Assembly: GCA_965202625.1 (NCBI GenBank)
Contig: CBDBBI010000010.1
Coordinates: 768,001 to 832,000, forward strand
Direction of reading: 5' to 3'
Source: a bacterium
Lineage (GTDB): Bacteria; UBA8248
DNA length: 64,000 nucleotides
The position numbers and the translations under genes are program-made. Positions within the stretch are counted from its first letter, which is position 1. Each line of letters starts with the position of its first letter. The notes under the pieces are model-generated. The model was given only the letters and a program-made list of their open reading frames with translations, had not been told where the DNA came from and ran no database searches. Positions 1-10,277 of this stretch are shown one piece after another.

Positions 1-295
1 GCTCAGGATGGCTCTTCTCAATGTCGAGCGCGATGCTCTGCCGCTTCGGGCGGCGGGTCATCAGCCACCAGGAACGAACGAGCGTCGCGCCCAACAAAAC
101 AATGGTCAGTGCAAAGTAGGCAAGGGCAGAATAGCCAAAATGAGGTTGCGAGAGAACCGCCGCTGGAGCGAGCAGCAACACAGACAACAACCCTAAGCCG
201 AGTATCACTCCCGCTTCCAAGCGCTTGACCCTGAGGCGAGCGTGAATAACAGAATCCAAAAATTCGTTTATCTTACGGAAAGATTGCTCGGCCAT
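1..295 (-). CDS. Partial membrane protein (N-terminus only), DUF4175-like, third gene of the DUF4159/vWA operon
   Basis: Not in the ORF track. My translation from the ATG at 295 gives MAEQSFRKINEFLDSVIHARLRVKRLEAGVILGLGLLSVLLLAP...IALDIEKSHPE, open to the window edge, with two hydrophobic helices. The family is inferred from operon context. Confidence 0.6.
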   Translation of the reverse strand, partial: MAEQSFRKINEFLDSVIHARLRVKRLEAGVILGLGLLSVLLLAPAAVLSQPHFGYSALAYFALTIVLLGATLVRSWWLMTRRPKRQSIALDIEKSHPE

Positions 296-389
296 CTCTC
301 TATTCCCTCACGGGTGAATCCACTCCACCGAGTTGCGCATTTTACTACCATTTACGTTCGCGTGTGGTATTCAGGAGACATCAAACGTC

Positions 390-2735
390 CTACGCCAGCC
401 CCCAAAGTCGTCTGATCGTCCACTCTACGCCTGGCAGCAAAATGAGAATCGCTCCGATCCAGGGAACGCTCCAGAGTCTCACGTCCCGCACCTCCATCAC
501 CCGATGCGGCACCTTCCCCTTTAGTGCCTCCAGAACGCGGGCGGTCAAATCCTCGCTTCCCACTGTGCTTGCTGGAAAAAACAACCCTCCCGTGTGCTTC
601 GCTAGGGTTTTCAGTGTCTCCCAACGCGGGCTGACATCAGCCCACTCTGCCCTGCCCGCCTCACGGCCGATGCTAATTGTCCTGGACGCTTCGCCGATAA
701 CCTGTCCGCCTTGGGAGGCCGTCATTTTCGCTCGATAACCCCCATTCCCCCGAGGATGGAAGCGAACCTCGAATTCCCGGGAATCGGGGCGATACATCGC
801 ACGATAGCGCTTGACGACTCCATAGGGATCGCGCAACTGAACTTGTACTCGCGCAGCCTGGGCAGGCTGGTAGGACTCGTCTCTCACCTGCATACGAAGA
901 ACATACATTCCGTCCTTGGTTTGTTCCGCCTCAGGAAGAATTTGGGCCTGCGAACTACTCGGGTCCCCTGAGAGCCATCGGACCATTTGCGCGACGAAGC
1001 GAATATAAGGACGATTTGTCCTCTCCGCAGCCACCATTCCGAAATTCCACCGCCAGGTATCATCTGAGAAGATGGACACCACCCTACCTCTCCCCACCCG
1101 CTTCGCCGCGATGAGCGGAACGCCGTCCTCTTTCGTCGTCACAAGAATTTGCCCCTTCCCAAATGGCGTCGTAGCGTTCAGGCGCCGCAAAGGCGGGAAA
1201 GACATCCAGAGCCTTTTGTTTTCCTCCAGATCAGCGGAGAGTTGCGTGATGGGGTGCCTGCCGCCTGCCGGAGTCAGCCGAAAGCGCAGACTCCTCTCGT
1301 CTTGATAATCATTCGTCTCTCGCAAACGGACGGGGAGAAGGTTTTCGATGGGGCTGCGATAATAACCGCCCGCGCTATAGGATTGCCCGCCGCCAAACAT
1401 GAGCAGCCCTCCCCCTTTGCGAACGTATTCCTCCACGCGCTCTAAGTAATAGTTGCTAAAATATTCCTGGGTAGAAAAATTATCAAAAACCACGATTTCA
1501 AAATTCTTCAGCTCCTCCAGAAACAACTTGTCCACCGGAAATGGCACGAGGCTCAGGTGTCGAGTCGAGACTCCCGGGTCGTCCTCTGAGGTTCTCAAAA
1601 AGACGAACGACACGAGATCGATGGCGGGGTCTCGCTTCAGTGCCATACGGAAAAAACGATAATTCCATGCAGGAGAACCAGTGATTGTCAAAACTCGGAT
1701 TTTGTCTCGTCGAACTTCCAGAGGAATTTCAACGCGATTGTTCGACTCCACTATTTCGCCGCGTTGAACAGGCGTCATCACGCCCAATACCTGGCTCCCC
1801 ACTTCATTCGGCGCAAATCGGAACTTGACGAGACGGCACAATGGACTGCGCCTGACATCTATCGTCTGGGTTCTGATGATGCGACCTTCGCGCGTCAAGG
1901 CGACCGGCAGTTTACGACCCCGGAACCCTCGCACGGACAAAAGGACTTCCAGGTGCGCCTCCTTTCCCTGGAAGGCGATGCGCGGGGCCTGAACGTCTTG
2001 AATGGCAATGTCCCGAAAAGAATCAGGCACTCCAAAACCCACTCCGATGAGGGGCGGAAAGGATTTCACATCCATGGGCGGCAAAATCGTCTCGGTGGTA
2101 TCGCCTCCATCGGAGAGCATCAAAATACCCAGAGGACCATCTCGGGTTTTGGGCACCGCCTCGTCCGCGTGAGCAGAGCGCGCGTCCCGAATGCTCGTCA
2201 AAGCACTCCGGATGGCGCCAAGCGGATCGCTGCCCGATCCTTCAGCTTGAAGGTTTTTCATCTCCTCCAGTCCAATGGGGGTTCTACGCGCATCATAGCG
2301 AGCAAGTTGGACGTCATAGAGGGCTCTCAAGCGCGCGAGCAACGTGGTGGGCGGCTCCCCTTTTGCCCCCTCTCCTGGAGACTGCGATTTTCCGGCGTCC
2401 TTCGGGGCGAGTAGAAAATCCTTGGCCAAATGGATGCGTGCTTTCTTCTCGCTCTCATCCTGAATGCTCATGCTCGCCGAGCTGTCGATGAGAACGAGTA
2501 GCTTCGGCGGCAAGGAACGCTCGCGCTTGTCGATCAGCGTGGGACCAGAGAGAAAAAAAACGAGCGCAACATACAAAGCACCCCTGATCCCCTGAAGTAA
2601 ATAAACACGCCTTGGCGGAAGTTTCTGCATCAAGTCGCCATGCCGGCGAATCAACGTCCAGCCCAGCCCGGCAACAGTAAGGATAAGCAGCCACCAAGGA
2701 GCACCGCCTGGCCAATGGAGGGTAGCCCAGTCCAT
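390..2735 (-). CDS. Membrane-anchored vWA-like plus class I glutamine amidotransferase-like domain protein
   Basis: 781 aa; two N-terminal TM helices, MIDAS-like LIDSSASMS and LSDGGDT, GATase1-like GGGLLMFGG..S.SAGGY..SP...LLPV, C-terminal TM ending EWTIRR. Confidence 0.8.
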   Translation of the reverse strand: MDWATLHWPGGAPWWLLILTVAGLGWTLIRRHGDLMQKLPPRRVYLLQGIRGALYVALVFFLSGPTLIDKRERSLPPKLLVLIDSSASMSIQDESEKKARIHLAKDFLLAPKDAGKSQSPGEGAKGEPPTTLLARLRALYDVQLARYDARRTPIGLEEMKNLQAEGSGSDPLGAIRSALTSIRDARSAHADEAVPKTRDGPLGILMLSDGGDTTETILPPMDVKSFPPLIGVGFGVPDSFRDIAIQDVQAPRIAFQGKEAHLEVLLSVRGFRGRKLPVALTREGRIIRTQTIDVRRSPLCRLVKFRFAPNEVGSQVLGVMTPVQRGEIVESNNRVEIPLEVRRDKIRVLTITGSPAWNYRFFRMALKRDPAIDLVSFVFLRTSEDDPGVSTRHLSLVPFPVDKLFLEELKNFEIVVFDNFSTQEYFSNYYLERVEEYVRKGGGLLMFGGGQSYSAGGYYRSPIENLLPVRLRETNDYQDERSLRFRLTPAGGRHPITQLSADLEENKRLWMSFPPLRRLNATTPFGKGQILVTTKEDGVPLIAAKRVGRGRVVSIFSDDTWRWNFGMVAAERTNRPYIRFVAQMVRWLSGDPSSSQAQILPEAEQTKDGMYVLRMQVRDESYQPAQAARVQVQLRDPYGVVKRYRAMYRPDSREFEVRFHPRGNGGYRAKMTASQGGQVIGEASRTISIGREAGRAEWADVSPRWETLKTLAKHTGGLFFPASTVGSEDLTARVLEALKGKVPHRVMEVRDVRLWSVPWIGAILILLPGVEWTIRRLWGLA

Positions 2736-2739
2736 GGTT

Positions 2740-3567
2740 TTACCCCTGATTCAATCTGCGCTGAATGAAGGGATGGTGGATGAGGTCCTGCTTGTAGTTT
2801 CCCGTCATCGCATAAAGAGCAACGTTCACGGCCATTTGAAACGCCGCGCGCCTCTGGGCCTCGCCACCCGGAACGCATTCCTCAAGCCACTCGCCAGCAG
2901 GCCCACGAGCCCATGCGCCGCCCAGATCGTTTCGACAAAAAATGACGGGCGTGAATATACCGACATGAATGCCCAGCAAATCCTGGCTGATGGCCTGACG
3001 TCCTCCCACGGTGCGAATCAGGTAATAGCTTCGAAAAACGGCATGCTCGCGAGGCAGAGACTCCAAAGAGCGCTTAGGAAAAACCAGGCGCATGAGCCTT
3101 TTGACGGCCCCGCCAAATGCCTCGCGCTCAAGCCCCAGCCCATCGTCAACGAGCAAGAAACCCCCGTAGGTCAAATGGCGTCTTAAACTCCGAATCGTCC
3201 CCTCATCAGGCATTTCGAATTCGTATCGCCCCGACATATACAAAAAAGGATGCTCAAAAATTTCAGGCGAAGAAATTGGCACGGGCTTTGCCTCGTGAGC
3301 GGCTTCAATGCTCGTGCGCTTTTTCAGCTCATTCAAAAAAGAAGCCATGGCCGTGGGATACTCTTGCCACCGTCCCCCAGAGTAGCGCAGTTGCGCCGGC
3401 GTGAAATTCGGAAGAAACCGCTTTTCTTCCCCAGAATCCGAAAAAAAGCGATCGCCCCTGAATTGCGCTTTCGCCCATTCGGCGGAGCCCAACAGAGCAG
3501 CGGCGGCCATCGCAGAGCGAGTGATGAACTCACGTCTGCCGAAAGATGGCTTACGGAACATTGACAT
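2740..3567 (-). CDS. DUF4159 domain protein with twin-arginine-like signal
   Basis: HPFLYMSG, LRRHLTYGGFLLVDD, NDLGGAW and YAMTGNYKQDLIH motifs; the N-terminus has GRREFI followed by a hydrophobic stretch. Confidence 0.85.
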   Translation of the reverse strand: MSMFRKPSFGRREFITRSAMAAAALLGSAEWAKAQFRGDRFFSDSGEEKRFLPNFTPAQLRYSGGRWQEYPTAMASFLNELKKRTSIEAAHEAKPVPISSPEIFEHPFLYMSGRYEFEMPDEGTIRSLRRHLTYGGFLLVDDGLGLEREAFGGAVKRLMRLVFPKRSLESLPREHAVFRSYYLIRTVGGRQAISQDLLGIHVGIFTPVIFCRNDLGGAWARGPAGEWLEECVPGGEAQRRAAFQMAVNVALYAMTGNYKQDLIHHPFIQRRLNQG

Positions 3568-4249
3568 TCGGTAACACCACGTAGGTAGTGGGCGGGGGCA
3601 GTCTTCCGCGCATCAGCACCAATTCCGCTTTATTCGGACGAACGACCTTGATTATTCCCTCCGCCCTTAGCGCTTGCGCAAACTCGCCGGACAGTTCGGG
3701 ACCAAAGTAGTGCATCGGTATCACAATGTTGGGGCCGATGCGTTTGACGATTTTGGCCGCCACCTCATGGGGCACCGTAAACGAACCATCAATCGGCAGG
3801 AGAAGAACGTGAATCTTGCCCAACGCGCGAATCTGCCCGGGCGAGGGACCAAAACGCGCGTTTCCAAAGTGCGCGACGCAAAGGCCGCCCGCCTGAAAAA
3901 CATAAATAGTGTTGAGAACAATGGGGAATTTGTCGTTCCCGCCCACTTGGGGGAAAGACGCGATTCGCAGTTTTCCAAACGTCTTGTCAATGGGATTAGC
4001 CTTACCCTCTCCCGTCACACCGAAAAAAATATCCGACTTCCCCTCGTAGGGGCCGGTGACAGAGTGCGTTTCGTGAAAATTGCTCACGGTGACCGCCTCG
4101 GGCAGCGGGTTCAAAACAGGCTCGACGTAAGGATCCATCACGGCGCGCTCGCCGCCGGGCGCGCTGATCAAAAAACTCGAATGCCCCAAATATCTTAAGC
4201 GGATCCCTCTTTGCTCTTGCAAACCCTTCCATTGTCTTCGCATCGCCAC
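3551..4249 (-). CDS. MBL-fold metallo-hydrolase (true start may be 4446 via a frameshift)
   Basis: YLGHSSFLI, MDPY, NFHETHS, AHFGN and IVIPMHY motifs. Confidence 0.8.
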   Translation of the reverse strand: MAMRRQWKGLQEQRGIRLRYLGHSSFLISAPGGERAVMDPYVEPVLNPLPEAVTVSNFHETHSVTGPYEGKSDIFFGVTGEGKANPIDKTFGKLRIASFPQVGGNDKFPIVLNTIYVFQAGGLCVAHFGNARFGPSPGQIRALGKIHVLLLPIDGSFTVPHEVAAKIVKRIGPNIVIPMHYFGPELSGEFAQALRAEGIIKVVRPNKAELVLMRGRLPPPTTYVVLPNVNVP

Positions 4250-4559
4250 GGGGATAAAGCGTCCATCCCCGCGAACAATTCCGGGCTTGCAGATGCCGTC
4301 GGCCGCCCACAGAAGGTGTGATGAATAGTAAAAAAACAGAAAGGAAAAAAAACCAGCGAGACGGCTCTTCTCGCTAGCAAGCGCACTCTCCGACGCGGGG
4401 CGGACACGCGCCTCTCAAGAATAGAGTTCAATATCGCATTCCTCATGGCGGCACCATGAACGAATAGGAAGAGATTCTACCTTATTTTTCAGCCCTGTAA
4501 ACAACCTCGCTTCCACCCCAGAGAGCGACGACGCCCACCATCACTCATCTCTCACCCGT

Positions 4560-5090
4560 TCAATGTCTCACCTCCCAGGGTTTGGAGCCATGAAAAATCC
4601 ACATCGCCCCAAAAAGAAGACACGCCTTCAGCACATCCGTGATGAGATAGGCGCCGTGATAGCGCCCAAACGCGCTTTTCACAGCGGGTGCGACTCCGGA
4701 AGCCTCAGTACTCGCTAGAGCTTTTCCAAGCGCCTCTATTTTGGGCGAAAACCAAAAGACGTGCATGCACACGATGAGCAGCAGGCAACCACCTAAGAGA
4801 ACAGACACGCTGCGCATCCGCCCTGTTCGTCGAACGAGAAGAAGCAAGAAAACGCCAAAAATGAGTTGCAGACGGTTCCAGGTCCGAAAAATTCGGCTGT
4901 TCACCTCTCTGGCGGCCAGACGGCCCTTTTGCTTCGTCGCCGAGGAGGACGCGAAGAGTTTCGACACCGCTGGATTCTTCTCCGCATTGAGCGCCTGGAA
5001 TGAATTCGCCGCGACCCACCAGACTCCCAGCGTGAGAGCAAACCACGATACGAGGAGGCCAAAGTGAAAAGAGCGAATCAAGGCACCCAA
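4560..5090 (-). CDS. DUF4149-like four-helix membrane protein
   Basis: Four hydrophobic segments and an FGRYHG motif before the last helix. Confidence 0.65.
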   Translation of the reverse strand: MGALIRSFHFGLLVSWFALTLGVWWVAANSFQALNAEKNPAVSKLFASSSATKQKGRLAAREVNSRIFRTWNRLQLIFGVFLLLLVRRTGRMRSVSVLLGGCLLLIVCMHVFWFSPKIEALGKALASTEASGVAPAVKSAFGRYHGAYLITDVLKACLLFGAMWIFHGSKPWEVRH

Positions 5091-5395
5091 ACAGTACTCC
5101 TATAGTGAGAAAGCGACACTATCCGGTAAAGATCGCAATTTACTCGACTGACATCATGTATCACAACCCATCCTTACAGGAACACCACGATAGGGTGGAA
5201 AGCGCGCGTTCTGGCCGAGAACCGAGCATTGACTCCGCCCTCCCCCCTCAAATCAACCACGCAGAAAACATCACTAGACACTGCTCGCCGCAAATGATTT
5301 AGTATTATTTTCTCTTACATCTTGGATTCATGGGGGTCTTTCCTAACCCCGCTCATACAAAGTTCCTCACTGTCCCTCTCGCATGATGCCGCCAT

Positions 5396-6301
5396 TTATG
5401 TGAAAGTAGTGATCAGGAACCCGCCTAAAACCACAAGTCCGGCCGCGCCGAACAAACGCGCATTGATGTGCTCGATATCGTCCAAGAAGATGAAACTCAA
5501 CGCCACCACCCATATCGGAGCGGTCCGGCTGAGAGGCAACACGATGGTAACGCTGGATAACGTGAGAGCATACCACAAAAGTGCCGTGGCGGTGGAGGAA
5601 AAGACGGCACCTACTACAAACCAAAAAACGCCGCGTCTGTCTGCCCGGATTTTCCCGCTGGGACCGAGAAACGGCTTCGCACCCAAGAGGAGAAAACAAC
5701 CTGCCATAAACGCGAAACCAACTGCCGCGAACGGGGTATTCTGCTCGGTCAAGCCTATTTTCGCCACTACTGGCATCGCCGCATACATAAACGAGGCAAT
5801 GATGGGAAAAATCAAAGCGCGCCTGAATTCGCGTCCCATCCCGCCCTGGGCAACAGCCTTGCCCTCACCCAATGAGATCAAGCCCACGCCACCAACAATC
5901 GAAACCGTTCCGAGAAGAACCGCCGGGCCAGGTCTTTCCCCCAAGAACAGTGCGGCAAAAAAGATAGCCCATATCGGGGCCGATGCCTGGATGGGACTCG
6001 TCCTGCTCACGCCGATACGCTGAATCGAGGTATAGGAAGCGAGATGTCCCATTCCCTGTCCGAAGCAACCCGCCAGCATGAACCAGAGAACCGGCCTAAG
6101 CGATGAGGTTTGGAGCGTCCCTAGGTAGAAGGCCAACCCGAGGAGAAAAAAGCTCGCCACGGCGTTCGTGATCAACACCCCACAGAGAGGCGACGTGCTT
6201 CTCAACCCACGGCGAAACGAGATGAGTGCCACTGAGTAGATGAACGACGATGTCAAGGCGACGAGTTCACCAGACGAGAAGAATGCGGATTGTTCGCTCA
6301 T
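5396..6301 (-). CDS. DMT/EamA family transporter
   Basis: 301 aa, about 10 TM, duplicated EamA halves (FLGERP). Confidence 0.9.
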   Translation of the reverse strand: MSEQSAFFSSGELVALTSSFIYSVALISFRRGLRSTSPLCGVLITNAVASFFLLGLAFYLGTLQTSSLRPVLWFMLAGCFGQGMGHLASYTSIQRIGVSRTSPIQASAPIWAIFFAALFLGERPGPAVLLGTVSIVGGVGLISLGEGKAVAQGGMGREFRRALIFPIIASFMYAAMPVVAKIGLTEQNTPFAAVGFAFMAGCFLLLGAKPFLGPSGKIRADRRGVFWFVVGAVFSSTATALLWYALTLSSVTIVLPLSRTAPIWVVALSFIFLDDIEHINARLFGAAGLVVLGGFLITTFT

Positions 6302-6356
6302 GCGCGCGACTATACACGCGCAGAAGACACCTTTCGAGAAAGAACAGGCGTTTTTC

Positions 6357-7253
6357 CTAGAAAACGGTGATCAGCACGCCACCACACACAACCATCAACG
6401 CGGCCATAACAATGCGGGAGTTGATGCGCTCCAGGTTCCTCAGGAAAAGATAGGTCCACAAGATCACCCACAATGGAACGAGTCTGCTCAAGGGCAATAC
6501 CGTAGATACGGGAGCAATGCTCATAGCCGTCCAGAACATAGCGGCCGCCGCTGTCGTTGTGAGTGCGGCGAACAAAAACCATCGAATCGCTCTTGCGTCC
6601 GCTTGGAGTTTTCCCCCGCCGGGAAGAAAGGGGCGCGTGATCAGCAAAAGCGCGGTTCCGGCCGAAAAAGCGCAAGCGAATCCCATAATCGGGGTTTTTT
6701 GGTAAGAAAATGCGTAGTTGGCCAAAACGGGCAACAGTCCATAAGAAACAGCCGAGGCAAGCGGGTAAATAAGCGCGCCTTGAAAAAAACTCTTTAAGCT
6801 TTGCTCGCCCCGCCGCTCCATCAGGGACAAAAGACAAACGCCGGCCACTATGAGGAGCGTCCCCATTCCCACCGCGGCGCCTGGCCGCTCGCCCAGAAAA
6901 ATCATGGCGAAAGTGACGGAGAAGATAGGAGTGGACGATTGTATCGGAACCGAACGACTCACTCCCATTTTTTCAATGCCAATGGCGTTCGTAATTTGCC
7001 CGATGCCCTGCCCGAGACATCCGCCCAAGACGTATAACAATATAGGAGCAAGCGTGGATTTCTGGAGCGTCCCGAGAGATGCCGCGATGATGAGCCCTAA
7101 AATGGAGACCATCGAGTTGAGAATCAGAACGCCGGCAATCGGAGTCGCGCTGCGCACCCCCTGGCGGATTGCGATGAGGGATATCGAATACGTCAAGGAG
7201 GTGGCGATCGCCAACGTCTCACCCAGACCAGTTTGAGAGAAAAAAACGGGCAT
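6357..7253 (-). CDS. DMT/EamA family transporter (tandem paralog of 5396-6301)
   Basis: 298 aa; shares GVSR..PIQ, FLGERPG and VLPLSR with its neighbour. Confidence 0.9.
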   Translation of the reverse strand: MPVFFSQTGLGETLAIATSLTYSISLIAIRQGVRSATPIAGVLILNSMVSILGLIIAASLGTLQKSTLAPILLYVLGGCLGQGIGQITNAIGIEKMGVSRSVPIQSSTPIFSVTFAMIFLGERPGAAVGMGTLLIVAGVCLLSLMERRGEQSLKSFFQGALIYPLASAVSYGLLPVLANYAFSYQKTPIMGFACAFSAGTALLLITRPFLPGGGKLQADARAIRWFLFAALTTTAAAAMFWTAMSIAPVSTVLPLSRLVPLWVILWTYLFLRNLERINSRIVMAALMVVCGGVLITVF

Positions 7254-7522
7254 GTAAAATTCATTGCTCCTATCAGAGGCCTTTTGGTTCTCACCGTCAG
7301 ACGAGCCAACAGGGGTTTAGCGACGAAGATGAAAGACGTCGTCAACACAAGAATTCGGGACGCCTGCGTGATGGGACCGGCACTCGCATTTGGCAGACTA
7401 TAACACCGCAAGTCTTAGCGAGGCGAGGAGTTGAGGCACATCATCTGGCCAAGCTCCCACCAAAAGGATAGAATGGGATAATTCAATGTTTTGATTTTCA
7501 TTCATGACCCAAGAGGCGAAAA

Positions 7523-7834
7523 ATGACGGATAAGAGAATTTTCCTGATTGCATGGCTGAAACCCAAACCTGACAAAGAAGATGCGCTGTCCGAACTTCTT
7601 CAAGGCATGTGCATGCCGTCTCGAGCGGAGGAGGGGTGCATTTTCTACAACCTATTCAAGTCCAAGGATGAAGGGGGAGTCTTTCATTTCATTGAATGCT
7701 GGAAGACACAGGCGGCTTTGGACGCGCACCGAGAAGAGGCACATTACAAGGAGTTTCGCGCAAAACTGCCTGATTTGATCGCAGAGCCGGTGGGAGTGAA
7801 ATTCTTGGACGCCGTCGATGCGACGATTGGATGA
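7523..7834 (+). CDS. Antibiotic biosynthesis monooxygenase (putative quinol monooxygenase) family protein
   Basis: SRAEEGCIFYNL and ECWKTQAALDAH motifs. Confidence 0.9.
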   Translation: MTDKRIFLIAWLKPKPDKEDALSELLQGMCMPSRAEEGCIFYNLFKSKDEGGVFHFIECWKTQAALDAHREEAHYKEFRAKLPDLIAEPVGVKFLDAVDATIG

Positions 7835-8057
7835 CCCCTAAACAACCGCGGAGATTCGGGAAAATTCAGAAGGTTTCCTGCGCTCGCTTTTGTTGCTCGC
7901 ACCTTCATGAACGCTTGAAGCCAAATTCGATAATCCCTAGATAGAGTTGATATTATCGTCTTTATCCCTATGCGGGCACGAATGATCGCTCTGCGGGCCC
8001 CACAGACGTCAGAACGATTGGCAGACTCCGGTAGCGATAAACCAGCATGAACGCACC

Positions 8058-8788
8058 CCTAACCAGAGCGACTTCAGCCTGCCACCGTCCAGGTTCAGAG
8101 ATACGCCAGTGATATAGCTCGCTCTTTCAGAGCAAAGAAAAACAATCGCATCCGCCAGCTCCTCAGGTTTGCCGAAGAGGCCAAGCCTTGGACGTTTCTC
8201 TTTCAGAGATCGGTATCCACCCAACCTGGACATACCGCGTTCACGTGAATCCCCCACTCCCCGAATTCCATGGACAGCGACTTCGTAATGTTCAAAAGAA
8301 CACTGTTCGTCATCCCGCTGCCAAACATATACGGATCGGGCTCCTTTCCCGCTTCCACGATGACGTTCAAAATGCGTCCCCACCCTCTGGCGCGCATCCC
8401 CGGGACGACCAAGCGTATGAGGCGTAGAAAACCAAACAGATTGGTGTCCAGTTGGGTTTACAAACGGACGTCGTCGAGCGCTTCGAATCCGCCAGAACGC
8501 ATTGTTCCAGCATTGTTCACCAAAATATCAACACCCCCCGTTTTCTCCTGCACACTTCTCACCAACGGCGCTAGATCGGCCTCATTCGCCGTGTCCGCTA
8601 CAGCAAAATGGATATCGCCTCCAGTTTCCTCCGCCAGTTCCGCGCAAGTCTCGATGAGGGCGTCTTGATTTCTCGCGCAAATAAAAAACCCTTGCTCCTT
8701 CTTCCAAAAGGCGTCTGGCCGTCTGCAGACCGATGCCTCAGCTGCCACCCGTCACCAAGGCCAATGTTCCCTTTATGCCCAATTCCAC
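8058..8788 (-). pseudogene. SDR family oxidoreductase pseudogene
   Basis: Reconstructed MELGIKGTLALVTGGS*GIG...VDILVNNAG...VRL*TQLDTN...[13 protein letters not shown]...[14 protein letters not shown], with three nonsense codons plus frameshifts and an apparent deletion. Confidence 0.85.
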
Positions 8789-8854
8789 AATTATCTTCTC
8801 ATCGAAACAGAGGAGCCGTTTTGCTCACAAAACGCCCGCCGCCCGGCCAGACTT

Positions 8855-9454
8855 TCAGCCTACGGCCTCCGACGCTTCCTCAACCTCATCCCACGTTTGC
8901 CATCTCACGATATCGTCTGCGGCTTCCACCGGATTATGCAACCCGTCCTGCAAACGGTTCCAAGCGTTGAACAAGCAGGTAAACAACGTTAATTCAACAA
9001 TATCTTTTTCATTGAAAAACTCTTTCAACGGCGCAAACGAGGCATCGTCAGAGGGCGCGGTGTTCTTCGTCAAGGCCGTTGCCCAGCGAATCACCGCTTT
9101 TTCTTTCTCGTCAAATAAATGGCTGTCTTCCCATCCCTCAACTATCAAAACGATGTGCTCATCTCTCAAACCCGCAGCTTGACCAAGCTTCACGTTGTGG
9201 TTCGTTCATATCTCGCAATCGTTGATGAGGGAAGGCGTAAGAATCGCCAACTGCATCAAACGCATTCTGGCTGGTTCCGCCCGCCATTGGCTTCTCAGCG
9301 CCACCGTCAGGTTGATGATATGTCGCAGCGCTTCAGGTGAATGTCCCAATGCGCGGTAGAAACTGGGCACCGTGCCCCACGTTTTTCTTGATTTTTCAAA
9401 CAACGGCTCATGGGTGCCCTTGGCATGGTCAGATATTGGCGTGATTCTCGGCAT
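8855..9454 (-). CDS. AhpD/carboxymuconolactone decarboxylase-like protein, probable selenoprotein (CxxU, TGA at 9206-9208)
   Basis: ORFs 9206-9454 and 8855-9193 are in the same frame. Read-through gives INDCEI-U-TNHNVKLG, matching the AhpD NxCxxCxxxH motif, for 199 aa in total. Confidence 0.85.
9167..9205 (-). promoter_or_regulatory. Candidate bacterial SECIS element
   Basis: Directly 3' of the UGA: CGAACC/GGUUUG lower stem, CGU/GCG, AGCUU/AAGCU upper stem, and a GGUC apical loop 21 nt from the UGA. Confidence 0.7.
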
Positions 9455-9627
9455 CTTCAGCTCCTTGTTCTATGAAGGTTCGCACAAAATTTTGCGCGAG
9501 CACTTTTTGCTGCTGGAGTAGATTTTAGTAGGTTTCGATGAACACTACCATCAAAATCGAAATTGGCTTTACGAGCCTATCCCTGTCATAAGGCAACATT
9601 CCACACATCCGATAAGGGAAAATCCTA

Positions 9628-10189
9628 ATGAAAGATGAAAAAATTCTTATCATCGCCGCGCATATAGATGGCACCGAGTTTCGCTCCACACACTCCGTCG
9701 CCAAGTCAATGAGCAAGGGCCCGCCACATGGGGTATTCCCCAGCCACGAGCGGAGACAAGGGTGTGAATCGGCATCGCTCGAGAAGGATCTCCATTGATG
9801 AGAAAAGAGCGATTTGAGAAGTCGAGCGAAATCGGCAACGGCGTTCGTTAGCTCCACCACGGCACTCATCCCGCCATTGCGAAAGCGACTTTCGACCGCT
9901 TTACCAATGAAAATTGCTCTCCGGAACTGCTTGCGAAAGGCACCGATCCGCCCAAGCCCCAAGAAGCATATTTTGGAAGGATTCGAAATGCCGACGTATG
10001 GTGAATCTTACAAATACGTTCGGCCTTAAAAATAGAAGCGCTGACGTGTCACAAGAGCCAACTCGGCGCCGTGAACATGGAAGACATAATTTCCTGATTT
10101 CCCTTTTGCGCGACTGGACAAAACACGCGGGCGAGAGGGACAACCTTGAGTACGCCGAGTGTTACCGCCGCATGGAAGTCCCGCAATAA
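9628..10189 (+). pseudogene. PIG-L/LmbE-family deacetylase pseudogene
   Basis: Fragments in different frames: MKDEKILIIAAHIDGTEF (degenerate AHxDD), KIEALTCHKSQ and LEYAECYRRMEV. Confidence 0.7.
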
Positions 10190-10277
10190 CACCGCACCAT
10201 CGCTCTTTTCATAAAGCACGCGAGCGTTTACACTTGAGACAGTAGGCACAATTCGTTCGTACGCATAAGGAGCGCAT

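Noticed and set aside
8058-8788. TGA codons in the SDR gene as possible selenocysteine
   Set aside because: They fall at likely Arg (GGS*GIG) and Trp positions and co-occur with a TAA and frameshifts, so this is a pseudogene.
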